Assembly: GCF_036365525.1 (NCBI RefSeq)
Contig: NC_090402.1
Span: 16,474,428-16,538,427, forward strand
DNA from: Heterodontus francisci
Lineage: Eukaryota
Direction: 5' to 3'
Length of the DNA stretch: 64,000 nucleotides
The notes under the pieces were generated by a model. That model saw only the letters and a list, made by a program, of their open reading frames with translations. It was not told the origin of the DNA and did not search any database. Each line of letters starts with the position of its first letter. Position 1 is the stretch's first letter. The position numbers and the translations under genes are program-made. Shown piece after piece: positions 48,751-61,482 of the stretch.

Positions 48751-50916
48751 CAAATATTTCATCAAGGAAAGATCCAGGACTTTGTTTACATGTGTTGCTT
48801 ATACACACACAAAAATGAAATTATACTTTGTCAAATTATGTTGCATTGAATTGAATTTTACTCCACATTCAATCGCTAGTAGTGTTTGGTATGGGCTCAA
48901 CATGGATGGAGGAATAGATGATGGTTTAAAAACAAAATAATTAAAGTTAAATTGATCAAGATATTTAAGTCCAGGAACTTTGACTAGTATACTCAAAAAT
49001 GTCATGCATTCTTTATGGTTTTCCATTATTATGCAAACCCTGTAAAATACTCTTCCTAGAACACACATTTCTGTGTTGGTGTTAGAACGGACATCAAATA
49101 CATATTTTATGAACCATTAAACTGTATCAGGAAATTAAAACCGGTCCTAAGCTTTTGAACTATGTAGTTTCAAGGGAACAGGAAAATGATCTCCTAATCC
49201 ACAACATTTTAACCAATTATGTCAGGTCAGCCAAGGCAATAAAAGTAAGTTTCATTATGGTACCTGATACTCTGTATATAGCTGATGAAAGATCATTTCA
49301 CAAATCTCTGGAGATCACAGGTATTTCACTGCATCAAATATTCAGCATACTTTTAAAATTAACATCTTGTTTAACATTTCAAAAAGTACAACACACTACA
49401 GAAGAAAATGATGCCACCTGCTGAAATAAGTAGATCTTACAAAAAGCTAAGAATTTGCCTAGTGTTTAAAGAAGTTTCCAGATTAAACTTAAGCTGCTTG
49501 TATTTTATTTCTACGCTACTCAGTCCAGCCTATCAATTATGATGTGTTTACATAGTGTATCGGTGATCAGAACAGATATCTTTTGTTTTTTTAATGGTAT
49601 ATGTCATATCATTGAAATTCCTCTATACCATTGCTGTGGGTTCAACTGTGGCAAAAGCAGCAATTTCCATTTGGGAGAACAAAAGTATTGCTGACATTTT
49701 TTGGGCCTTTTGGGAATGTTTGCATGACAACTTCAGTTACTGTTTTATTTCTCAATGTTTGAATGAGATGGAAACTCAAGCAGTGAGTAGTATCATTGTT
49801 CAGTACTGTCTATTGAATATGTTCCAGATAGTCACTGAAAAAAATTGTATTTTAAGGGCTATTTTGCAAAGCTCTGCCAGTGCTTTACCCACCCTGGTAT
49901 CACCACCAAAGGGATCTCTTTCTATGAATATTAAATACTTACAACTGGATGGCTCCCAATTTTTTTTAATGTTTTAATCAAGGTTAGGTGGTAGGAAAGG
50001 TTAAAAAAAAGCCCTCAGTTGGTCTGAGAATAGACTGGCATCAGTGGTAGCAAAGGGATCCCCATAGCAGACATCATTGGACTGCAGCTAGTCCACTGGT
50101 TGAGCAAATAGAGGACAAACAGCTCCATAGAGGAGTTCTTAGAATGTGCTTTTAAATTATAAAATAAATGTTAGTGTTCTCTTTTTAAAAAAACTACATG
50201 CATGGGATGCATCTAGGATTCAGAGAAACCGTAAGAGTTTTCTTCACCTTTACTTCTGGCTGAATGAAATGTAGGGAACACATTTCCCTTGCTTATTTTT
50301 TTTTATCCTTGGGGCTATTGTATTTATTTATATAGGATGTGATGGATACATAGTGGTGTCATTATGCATGGGATAGTCTGCCTTGTATTACAAAGCATTA
50401 ATTCATACACAAGTTGAGAAAATGCAAGTCTGTTAATTCTGTATAATGTCTGGAAGTATAAGGATTCCTTGGCTTATCAAGTGTTTGGTTTACCATTTTT
50501 GCTTTTTGCTGATAGGATGGAATTGAAGGCAACAACAGAGGCTTTCATCTTGGTTCATGGCATCAGACCAGAAGTGTTATGATTCATTATTGTACTGGCT
50601 GATGCAGTAGAATTATCATGATATCCTTTCTGGTCTAATGATGTGAAGTGAGAGGTGTACCTCTGTTGTTATCTGTCATATAAATCTCAAGCCTATCAGG
50701 TAATACCATAAACTGCAAAAATAATACCTGAATGCTTTAGAACAATGATTTAAAACTCAATATTAGAGCTGTAAATTATTCCTTAACACATATCATTCTT
50801 TATGTATTCTGCATTTATGTTAAGAAATAATGTTCACATAAGAGGATTAATGATTTCAATACAGTCACCCTGGGATTATCAAATATAATCTGCAATCATT
50901 GCTGGAAATTCTGTCT

Positions 50917-50977
50917 ACATATATTTATAGATATATAACATATACATGTGTATATATATATGCACACACATATATGT
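50917..50977. repeat. Imperfect (TA)/(CA) microsatellite
   Basis: acatatatttatagatatataacatatacatgtgtatatatatatgcacacacatatatgt. Confidence 0.7.
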
Positions 50978-52363
50978 AAAATTCAACATCATATACCTCA
51001 AAAGTGAAGCAAGCAATCTTTAAGAATGTTGTACCCAGTAGGACAGACTGAGGTTACAAATTGGGTCTCCAATCATATTAAGATTTCCCAAGGTCTTAGT
51101 GCCTGCTGCTTAAATATACTCAGATTATTAATTCAAGTGACATTTGCCTTCAACTTAAGGTATTCAAATAGAGTGAGTTGATGGTGGGGGTTGGGGGGGA
51201 GGGGTGCAGTGGAGAGATAAAAAAAGAGAGGGACAAACAAGTTCAAAATAATTCAGCTAATCATCGCAGTAGGACTACACCTATTCATAATTCTGAAGAA
51301 AATAATTTCACACTGTACATGATTTACTTTAATACAAAATTCATTACAATAATTTTTTTAAGCTGCAAACTTCAATTCATTTAGATGTGTTGCTTCATAA
51401 TACAAAACAAAAGCAGTTTGAAACCCAGTACAGTATATGTAAAATATTACAGACTAATTGTTAAAATCTGTTGCAGACATTTAATACACAAATTTAAAGG
51501 ATTAGAATAGGGAAAAATAGACAGGGAAACTCAAAAATAGAAAAGAGTCTTCAAAATTGTTGTCATTGGAATATGCTTTGAAGGAAACAAGCTGTGTCCA
51601 AGCCACATTCAAAATATCTCAGCACGTTACATTTTTCAATTCCTAGGACACCCTGTATGTACGTGCCCCATTAGCATATGTCAGTAATCATTTTACAAGT
51701 TGCCTGTCAGCCCAAGGCTGTTCTACCAGGTAAAGTCAAGGAAAGAACACAACCTTTCAGTGTTCAGCAGATTGTGTGAATCACTGGAGATCCGAGGGGG
51801 CAGCTTACACACTGTACTCAATCCCTCACCCTCTCTATTTCTTCTGCCTTTCTGAGAATTCCAAAACTACTGGGGTATAACCATCTGCATTTCCTAATGA
51901 TGGTGCTAAGGTCTATCTCAAATAAAGCAGGTGGTAATACCAGCAATGAACAGATTAGAATGAGTTTATACTGGTTTGCCCCCTTCAAAAATCAGCCCTG
52001 AATATACACAGTATCATAGTGCCACTGCTAAGCTGTATTAATAAGTATGCAATAGAAACTGACAGTACATTACCAATAAGGCTGCAATGAAATTCAGTAC
52101 CATGCCAGACTAATAGGAAAAAAACATGGATGGTACTGTACTCGAGTCGTGTTCAATGGTTCTGTTCAGTTCTTGCCACAGGTAAGGTCTCAGTTTCAGC
52201 TGTACCACTTTAGTGTTGCATAGTGGAGGTCAGCTATGAAAGGAAAGGAAACTCGGAGGCAAACTGTACCCTGTATAGTCATCATGGTGGAGCCTTAAGT
52301 CCAGATCGTTCAACCGCCTTATTTACTGAAGTTATTGTGTGTTGCACAGAAATGAGAATAAGT

Positions 52364-52490
52364 GACAGAGTAACGCAAAAAAGGGTAAGGAACAGAGTAA
52401 TTCAAGAAACATGAGGAATAGAGTAATGGAAGAAAAAGGAACAAAGTAATGCAGAAAAGGTTAAGTAACAGAGTAATTCAGAAAAACAAA
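52364..52490. repeat. Purine-rich minisatellite, unit about 23-27 bp, 5 copies
   Basis: Core A(C/T)A(G/A)AGTAA recurs at 52364, 52392, 52418, 52441 and 52468. Confidence 0.7.
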
Positions 52491-53499
52491 AATAAATATC
52501 TATTTACAAATTAAATGACCACAATCAAAATAGATTTTCAGAAAATTCTGGCTGACAGTTATTAAATTACTACAGTTCCTTGCATCATTTAAAACTAAAA
52601 AATGAATTCAGAATGTTATGTCAGCCTATTAACAAATGTCAATATGAAGTGTTATTTCCGCAGTTTTCTCAAAGGAAAACCCCAGTTGGTCGGCTCTAAG
52701 AAATTGTTAAAGCTTGCCTGTAGTCCTCTGTCATCCTGACTGTAAAACAAAAAATCACCATTACAAAATTGATCATTTTCTATCCCTGCAAACTGTCCCT
52801 CTGTCCATGTTGGAGGCATTCAGTATATGAATAGTTAGCCTGCGATTAACTGTCAAACAACATTTTCAATCGCTTCCTCCATACAGTGGTAATTCACAAG
52901 ACTAGTCATTTTTCTGTTCCCTGTTTACACGCACAATACAGCAGCTATTACCAGTCACATCTATCTATTAATTATGCTGAGAATTATTTATTTGTGATAC
53001 ATTCTCCTTCCAACTCAATTTTATTTTTTATAGAACTACTTTAATTCAGTTCAGAATCACAGTTCAGCGACTGGAAATCAAATCAAATATTTCACTGAAA
53101 TAATCAAACCCGTTAAGACAAGGCAGGAACCATTTTCATTAGAATAGAGCTAGAATAGTGGTGGGAAATCAAAATTTACATCTCAAGTCATTAAAAACTG
53201 CCATTCAGTTTTTGTTGTAATTTTCTGCTGACTTAATTAATTTCACAACTGCAGTGGAGACAACATAAAATGTCTTTGTTAAGATTTAACTTGTACCTTT
53301 CAAGAATGGAGCAACTTGAATTGTCTATGATCACCATGTGGCTGTCAACATGAGGCAAACATCATTACAAAAAAATGCCTTAATAAGCTGTACTAACATG
53401 CTGCAATAGGACCATAATTATTTCCTGATTGTCACATATAAACAACAACAACAGATAATATTAAGAAGTAAGGAATTAGGGGAGGGTGGAAGAATCGAA

Positions 53500-55060
53500 T
53501 TAAAAACTGGTTAGAAGAGAGGAAACAAAGTAGGAGTTAAGGGCAGTTTCTCAGTAGGTAACAGTGTCCCACAAGATTCTGTTCTGGGACCATTTCTATT
53601 CACAGTATAGATCAATGATTTGGATATGAAGCTAGAGGGAATGGTGCCAAAATTTGCAAACAATAATAAAATAGGAGGTGTAGTTGGAGAACTGTGTGCA
53701 GTTTTGGGCTTCACAATATAGTACACATGTTGGGGCAATAGAGAAGATACAGCTCAGATTAACTAGGATGCTGCCTGGTATGAAGATAGATTTTAAAAAG
53801 TGGGGCTGTTTTCATTAGATCAGAGAAGATTAGGGGTGATTTGATAGAGGTGTTTAAAATTACGAAGTGATGGAACAGAGGAGATAGAAATACTGTTTAC
53901 GGTGAATGAGGGGCTGAGAACAAGGGACCATAGATGGAAGATTAAATGTAAAACATTTAGGAGCAGGAGAAACTCTTTTACTCAGAGGGTTGTAAGAATG
54001 TAGACTGCACTACCACAGTTAGTGATTGAAGCAGAGACTAGGGCTGGGATTTTACGGGACCTGGCAGGAAAGGGAAGGCAGAACCAGAAGCAGGTGGCAA
54101 ATGCCTCTCACTCCGACTTTCGTTCCCATAGCAATCTCACACTGGCTGGCCAATTACAGGCCAGCAGGCAGGATAACCAACCAGAGGCTCAGTTGAGGCA
54201 GCAGCCACATCGTCACCAGACACAGAAGGAAGTGCTGGTGCCATGTTTAAAGGGCCACCAGCTCCCGAGCCCTGATGCAAACGTCCTTTGTTTGGAGGAT
54301 GCTTGGAGGGATGAGTGCTGCAGGAGTCAGGCCTGCAATCACCCTCCAAACACGGAACCCTCCTTGGAAGAAATCCATACCTCCCTCCGTCTCTGGTTCT
54401 CCTCCTCGCTGGAGGACGCTCCTCCTGAATGAATGGTGCGCATGGCAATTGGGCACTGCCAGTCTGACTGGGCCACCCTGCCAGTAGCTGCTGCAAAATA
54501 GCACACTCACCCCCTCCCAGGCATCTCTCAGGTGATCCCCCAGCCAAGACCACAATGGCATCAAGGGGGGGGGCTCAAGCCCAGATCAATGGCTTCCCAA
54601 CTAATTCCTACCTACGAATGAAAAATGCCTTGTTCCATGGCTGCCACTCTTTAAAACCTGCCAAGGCTGTGATACCCCGTGTCCCCCATGTGCTTACCTT
54701 TAAATCCGGAGTGGCCCATAAAATCACAGTCTATTGTTTCATTAACTATCTTAAATGACAGTCAGTTGCTCATTTTGAAACCCGAGCGGGGTTCCCACAT
54801 GGCTTCCTGTCCACCGCTTATAAAATGTGAGCCTGGTGTGATGACATCAGGGGGGCTGAGCCGACGCCATCCCACACAATTTTACAGCCCCCCCCACCCC
54901 CCTCCCCCAACCTCCATTGCTGTCCATTTCTGCAGCATAAAATCCCTGCCCATGTAAACATTTAAGGTGGGATAGGTGGTCAAAGGAAAAGAACATAAAG
55001 TTATATGGGAGCAGGGCAGGCATGTAGGATTAGGGCACCTACATAATTCTGTGTAAAAGC
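53500..55060 (+). mobile_element. Old CR1 3' portion interrupted by a MITE
   Basis: VPQDSVLGPFLFTV*INDLD-like RT segment and ttttcattagatcagagaagatt. CR1 sequence resumes at 54952. Confidence 0.7.
54041..54951. mobile_element. Harbinger-type MITE nested in CR1
   Basis: gggctgggattttac ... ataaaatccctgccc, TIR with 1 mismatch. TSD unclear. Confidence 0.72.
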
Positions 55061-55369
55061 AACATGCACATATGGAGCACCTTTAACATAGAAAAACATC
55101 CTAAAGTATCTCCCAGATGCATCAGGAGAAACAGTCAAGATCAACATTGACCAAGACATGGAAACAAGTCAAACCAAGAAGATTTGCTTCAGTAGTGTTT
55201 CTAGAATGCTGCTATCTAGTTGATTCTTAGGTTCTGCCAATGCTGCTCTAAGGCTTCTAAGAGAGATCCCAAATGCAAAGTAGGTAGATATAGATACAAA
55301 TCTGTAGTTTGTGTCAATCTGAAAATATTTGAAGTGCACTGACAGTAACAGCAGGAAGCTGATTAATTC

Positions 55370-55970
55370 CTTTAGCATTTATAATTGCAGGGCTAGACTA
55401 CAAAGGAGAGGAAGTTTTGCTGTACCTATACAAAGTCCTGGTTATGCCACATCTGGAGTACCGTGTACAGTTTTGCACCTTAGAAAGGATATATTGGTCT
55501 TGGAAAGCGTGCAGATCAGATTCACCATAATGTAACCAAGCTCCAATGGTTAGGTTATGAGGAGAAATTGCTAACCTTGTATTCCCTGGAATAAAGAAGG
55601 TTAAGGGTGATTTCTTTGAAGTTATTAACATTTTGAAAGGAATTGATGGGGTAGATAGAGAGAAACATTTTCTGCTGGTGGGGGAATCTAGGACAAGCAG
55701 ACATAACGTTAAAATCAGAGCCAAGCCATTCAGGAGAGAAGTTACCAAACACTTCCTCTGTCAAATGGTGGTAGAAGTGTGGAACACTCTCCCATAAAAA
55801 TCAATAGATATCATTTCAATTAATAATTTTAAATCTAAGATCGATAGATTTTTGCTAGCTAAGGGTATTAAGGGATATTGAACTAAGACAGGTGGGTGGA
55901 GTTAGCATATAGATCAACTGAATGGCAGAACAGGCTCAAGGGGCTGAATGGCCTACTCCTGTTCCTATTC
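55370..55970 (+). mobile_element. Old CR1 3' fragment
   Basis: ctatacaaagtcctggttatgccacatctggagtac..., ending ggggctgaatggcctactcctgttcct. Confidence 0.75.
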
Positions 55971-56074
55971 GATATTGATTGGTTGAACTTAGAATATATC
56001 CCTCAAGTAACTGACGCAAAATGGAGGTTGCATAGATGGTCCCTTAAAACAAGATCACTGGGGAAAACGTTTTG

Positions 56075-56847
56075 GAGTCATAGAGTCGTACAGCATAGAA
56101 ACAGGCCCTTTGGCCCACAGCGTCCATGCCGACCATAATACCTATCTATGCTAATCCCACCTGCCTGCATTAATTCCATATCCCTCTATGCCTTGCTCAT
56201 TCAAGTACCTGTCCAGATGCCTCTTAAATGCTGCTACTGTTCCTGCCTCCACCACCTCCTCAGGCAGCTCATTCCAGATACCCACTATTCTTTGTGTGAA
56301 AAATTTACCCCTTTGATCCCCTTTAAACCTCCTCCCTCTCACCTTAAATCTATGCCCTCTAGTTTTAGTCACCCCTACCATGGGAAACAGACTCTGGCTA
56401 TCAACACCATCTATGCCTCTCATAATTTTATATACCTCTATCATGTCCCCTCTCAGCCTCCTTCGCTCCAGGGAAAACAGACCCAGCCTATCCAATCTCT
56501 CTTTCTAACTCAAGCCCTCCAAACCAGGCACCATCCTTGTGAATCTTTTCTGCACCCTCTCTAGCTTCATCACATCTTTCCTGTAGTGCGGTGACCAGAA
56601 CTGCACACAGTATTCCAAATGCAGCCTAACCAATGTTATGTACAACTGTAACATGACGTCCCAACTCTTGTACTCAATGCCTTGGCCGATGAAGGCAAGC
56701 ATGCCATATGTCTTCTTCACCACCTTGTCTACCTGTGTTTCCACTTTCAGGGAACTATGTACTTGCACCCTGAGGTCTCTCTGCTCAACAACACTCCCCA
56801 GGGCTTTGCCATTCACTGTATATGTCCTGCCCTGGTTTAACTTCCCA
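56075..56847 (-). mobile_element. CR1 3' fragment (left arm of inverted pair)
   Basis: ORFs 56505-56816(-) and 56151-56495(-). Tail (GACTCTAT)n on the minus strand. Confidence 0.92.
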
Positions 56848-58359
56848 GTTGTGCAATAGGCATTTCAAGTGTTTTCCCTCTGCTAGAGTTTGTTTATGCA
56901 GCTGTTCAGTAGGCAATTCTTCATAATAGTTTTATGATTTTTTTTAAACTTCGGCTGAGTGAATGAAAGCTCTTCCCGCTTGAGTGATTTAATTTTTTTA
57001 AAAGCTTTATCTGTCAGCTGTGTTTTGGTTTAAAAATAATCACGTTTTTGCAGGTAAAAAATATGATTAAAGTCCTCAGATGTAGGATAGCTTTCTATTC
57101 TATCCGAAGCTTCCTTGAAGTGATGTTTCTGTATCTCAATGTTTATTGTTTCTCCTTTGATTTTCCCTTTCTTTTGACTCACTCTTTTTTTTACACAAAA
57201 TGATGGTGGACTTCAAAAACGTTTTTTGCATGTGAACCTTATCACAATTTAAATGTGCAGCTGAAGATCAGGAACTCACTATGGAAGGGGCTGCACCTAT
57301 GTATCAGTATGTAACCTAAGGATCCCAAAAGTGTTACAGGAAAGACACCTGCATCTTAGACTGCTCGACTTTGCAAAGTGGACCATTTCCAGAAAAATGA
57401 AGCATCATGGGGATAGGTTACCTTATTCTCTTTCAGTCTGGAACAGGTGAACGTCACCACCAGCTTAGTGTTTCAAGGAACCACAGCCCTTTTTTGGATT
57501 GAAGAGAATAAACTTTAAAGGAAATTAAACTCGAGCTAATAACCTGGGTATGGGAAGGAGGTTGATCCCTCCATATAACTTGCTTATGTGATGTGGATGA
57601 GGCCTCAATAATAAACTGAAGTTATCAAAGGTTTCTCTAGTTTGCTGTTGAGGCCACTAGTTGCCAACAGTTGTTCTTCCTAGGAGCAAGGTTAGAGACT
57701 CATCTGTTCAAAGAACACTGATTACTGGCAGTCACTGTGTATGATATTTTACACATTTCTTTATGTGAGAAATTCAAAATATTACCTGCTAAGCCTTAAA
57801 GTGGTGTCAATCACTTGATCACTCTACTGATGCATGTAGTCTTCAGTGTATGGGGAATTCAGCCAGACAACAGGTCAAAGCAGAATGCTCACTGTTGTTG
57901 AGAAAGCTCTTTAGGCTTTGAGAAGTAGCTGACAGAGAAGTTTGTCCCAAAGTTGGCCTAGAGAGTGATTCAGAAAAAAAAAAGCTTAATAACCCTTAAA
58001 TATTGTTCGTAGCTGCTTTGGCAGTTTGTGATTAAGCATTCTGGGCTTAGTTAAATGGGAATCATGTGGGCACAATTATATCAAGCAAACAGAAATTTTA
58101 CCATTGTGAATATCCCAGTCGCTTGGTTTCCAGGAGTCAAATAAAGTGATGGGTTTCAGTGCATGTTGCATATCTAACTAATGAAGAAAAAGGGCAGAGG
58201 ACAAAGGTTTGGGGAGGTCTTGGTTTTATCAAAAAAGAGTCATAGGTCCATAAACTACAGATGTGAAAGATTGATTTGATAAGAAACTGCATAGTCATGA
58301 ACAGTAGGTTTGGAAAAAGACAATGTAATAATAACTTTGTAGTTTTTACTTAATAGCCT

Positions 58360-58790
58360 CTTTACAACCTTCTGGACTCAACAGATTCGTCAGTTTCAGA
58401 TCATAACCACTTGCCATCTTTACGGACAGCAGGTGCTGGTAATGATTCTGCTGATGTCATTTACAACTCCTCTAGATCCATTTTTTTTCTCTACTTGTCC
58501 CATTATTCTCTCTTTTTTGCCTTGTCTCATCATCTCTTCTGTCATTTAAATTTCTTCTGCCTTCCACAGACCTTCCCTTTGTTCTTGTCTCTTCCCATTT
58601 CCCTGCACTTGTACTTGCTTAAAACCTGTTACAACTGTAACATTTTCCAGTTCTGACGAAGGGTCACAGACCTGAAACATTAACTCTGTTTCTGTCTCCA
58701 CAGATGCTGCCAGATCTGCTGGGTATTTCCAGCATTTTCTGTTTATATTTCAGATTTCGGGGGTCCACAGCATTTTGTCTTTTGTATTAA
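58360..58790 (+). mobile_element. Penelope-like element 3' end with hammerhead motif
   Basis: ttacaaccttctggactcaac...ttcagatcataa corresponds to the LQPSGLN...FRS* C-terminus typical of Penelope GIY-YIG ORFs. A pyrimidine-rich UTR and the terminal repeat follow. Confidence 0.75.
58649..58685 (+). ncRNA. Minimal type I hammerhead ribozyme motif (Penelope-associated)
   Basis: Helix I AGUU/AACU; core CUGACGA (58653-58659); extra A; helix II GGGUC-ACA-GACCU; GAAA (58674-58677); 1-bp helix III A-(CA)-U; H17 = U at 58681. Confidence 0.6.
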
Positions 58791-58851
58791 CAACTTGTTT
58801 GGAAATGCAGTGTCAGACTCATTCAAAAACTTTGTAAATGTTAAAGACAAT

Positions 58852-59540
58852 GACCTTGGGGTGCAAGTACATAGTTCCCTGAAAGTGGCAACACAGGTAG
58901 ACAGGGTGGTGAAGAATGCGTATGGCATGCTTGCCTTCATTGGCCGAGGCATTGAGTACAAGAGACGTCATGTTACAGTTGTACATAACGTTGGTTAGGC
59001 TGCATTTGGAGTACTGTGTGCAGTTCTGGTCACCGCACTACAGGAAAGATGTGATTAAGCTAGAGAGGGTGCAGAAAAGATTCACAAGGATGGTGCCTGG
59101 TTTGGAGGGCTTGAGTTAGAAAGAGAGATTGGATAGGCTGGGTCTGTTTTCCCTGGAGTGAAGGAGGCTAAGAGGGGACATGATAGAGGTATATAAAATT
59201 ATGAGAGGCATAGATAGTGTAGATAGGCAGAGTCTGTTTCCCATGGTAGGGGTAACTAAAGCTAAAGAGCATAGATTTAAGGTGAGGGGGAGGAGGATCA
59301 AAGGGGTAGATATTTCACACAAAGAATAGTGGGTATCTGGAATGAGCTGCCTGAGGAGGTGGTGGAGGCAGGAACAGTAGCAGCATTTAAGAGGCATCTG
59401 GACAGGTACTTGAATGAGCAAGGCATAGAGGGATATGGAATTAATGCAGGCAGGTGGGATTAGTATAGATAGGCATTATGGTCGGCATGGATGCGGTGAG
59501 CCGAAGGGCCTGTTTCTATGCTGTACGACTCTATGACTCT
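58852..59540 (+). mobile_element. CR1 3' fragment (right arm of inverted pair)
   Basis: Near-identical reverse complement of 56075-56780. Tail gactctatgactct. Confidence 0.92.
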
Positions 59541-59619
59541 GATTCATCACAATGTTCAAGATTAGAGTTCTAAGATGTGTTCTATAGGCAGCATGTTTTC
59601 CAGTGGGAACAGCAGTCTG

Positions 59620-60730
59620 AAACTTTCTAGGAACAGGAAAAGGACATTTAGCGCCTCAAGCCTGTTCCACCATTCAGTGAGGTCATGATTGATCTGTGAC
59701 CTATCTCCATGTACCCACCTTTTCCCCATATCATTTGATACCTTTGGCTCACAAGAATCTATCAATCTCAGTTTAAAAATTAATTGATCTAGCATCAATT
59801 GCCATTTACAAAAGAAAGTTCCAAACTTCTACCACCCTTTACTTGAAAAATTGATTCCGAGTTTCACTCCTGAAAGGTCTGGCTCTACTTTTTTTGACTA
59901 TGCCCCTTCGCCCTAGACTCCCTAATTAGCAGAAATAATTTCTTCCAATCTAACCTATCCATTCTCCTTAATATCTTAAACTTTGGTCAAATTACCCTTT
60001 AACTGTCTAAATTACAGGGAATACAACCCTAGTTTGTGTCATCTCCTCATAATTTAACTCTTGGAGTCCAGGTATCAATTCTGGTAAGTCTACACTGCAC
60101 TCCCTCAAAGGCCAATATATCATTCCTCAGGTGTGGTGCCCAGAACTGCTGTCAATACTCCAAGCGTGGTCTGACCAGGGCTTTGGATAGCTGAAGCATG
60201 ACATCTAACCCCTCGTATTCTATTCCTCTTGATGTAAAGGCCAGCATTCCATTAGCTGTTTCATTTATTTTCTGTACCTGTTCATGACATTTTAATGATC
60301 TGTCTACCTGGACCTATAAGATTTTTGGATGTCCATTGTTTCTAGCTTTTCACCATTTAGAAAGTACGCTGTTTTATCTTCTTTAGGTTCAAAGTGGAGG
60401 ACCTTACATTTGCCTACATTGAAAACATTTGCCACAGTTTTGCCCATTCACTTAATCTGTTAATATCTCTTGTAATTTTATGCTTCCAATGCTGCCTATC
60501 TTTATATCATTGGAATTTAGATATGTGGCTTTCTATCCTATCATCTAAATCGTTAATGAATACAGTGAATAGTTGAGACCCCAACACAGATTCTTGCAGT
60601 ACACCACTAGTCACATCCTGCCAATTAGAGTATGTGCCCATTATCCCTACTCTCTGTCTCCTTCCACTTAGCTAATTTCCTAACCAGGTCAAAAATTTGC
60701 CTTTAATTCAACTTTAGCTAACAAGGAACT
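59620..60730 (-). mobile_element. Old CR1 3' portion, same subfamily as 23240-24380
   Basis: Collinear similarity with 23240-24360, e.g. cacagttttgcccattcacttaatctgt and tttcctaaccaggtcaa. Confidence 0.8.
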
Positions 60731-61482
60731 TTATCGGATAATTAGAAAGTTAACAGTGGCTTCCATAACTTTAGAATAACCAATATAAGAACAATCAGCT
60801 GGTAGGCTGAAGGGTAAATGGGATCTTTCTTAGGGATATAGTGAATATTTTAGAGATAGGATGGACATGAACAAATTTCAAACAAGAGATGGATTGGTAG
60901 TAGAGATTGAATAGGTCGCAGTTAATAGAGATAAGTTTGAGGTACACATCTGGAGGATAGTGAGAAGAAAACCATCAGGACTAGAAGTCTTACTGGATTT
61001 CAAAGAACCATGAATCTGATAGATCTGGCAGGGATGAAGCATGACATTGCACATAATGGTTATGGAGTAATATAGAGATTTTTTCCAATTTCATCAAGAT
61101 TTGAGTTTTGGGAAAGAAAAGCAAGAGAAAAATATAAGTCTTTTTAGGAACTGGGACATTCTGCAAGAAGTAGATATGAGGCACTGATCAAAAAAGCATG
61201 AGATCACTACGGTGTAGGGTAGACTAAATATGAATAGGTTGATTGGCCATAGCAAAAAAAAAATTAGCATAAGCACTACACTGATTAGTAGAAGAATAGA
61301 AGTGAAGCCATTGCTGATGGTGATTTTAGGAAAAGATGCTGAACAAAAGATGGAAAAGTTCTTAAGAGTGTCAAAGTTGGGAGAGGAATAGCAGATCATT
61401 TCATATGGTGAGAGAGTTTTAGTCATAAGATTGAAATCAAGAGATTGAAAGGAGCTTACAACCTTAAGGGGCCAATATCTAC

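Noticed and set aside
49283-49310. CTGATGAAAGATCA resembling a hammerhead start
   Set aside because: No helix II partner, no GAAA and no Penelope flanking sequence.
49409-49426. CTCF-like motif (TCAGCAGGTGGCA on the minus strand)
   Set aside because: A single imperfect short match is expected by chance in 64 kb.
52364-52490. Spaced repeats resembling a CRISPR array
   Set aside because: The core is only about 9 bp, the spacers are similar A-rich sequence, the context is eukaryotic and there are no cas genes. It is a minisatellite.
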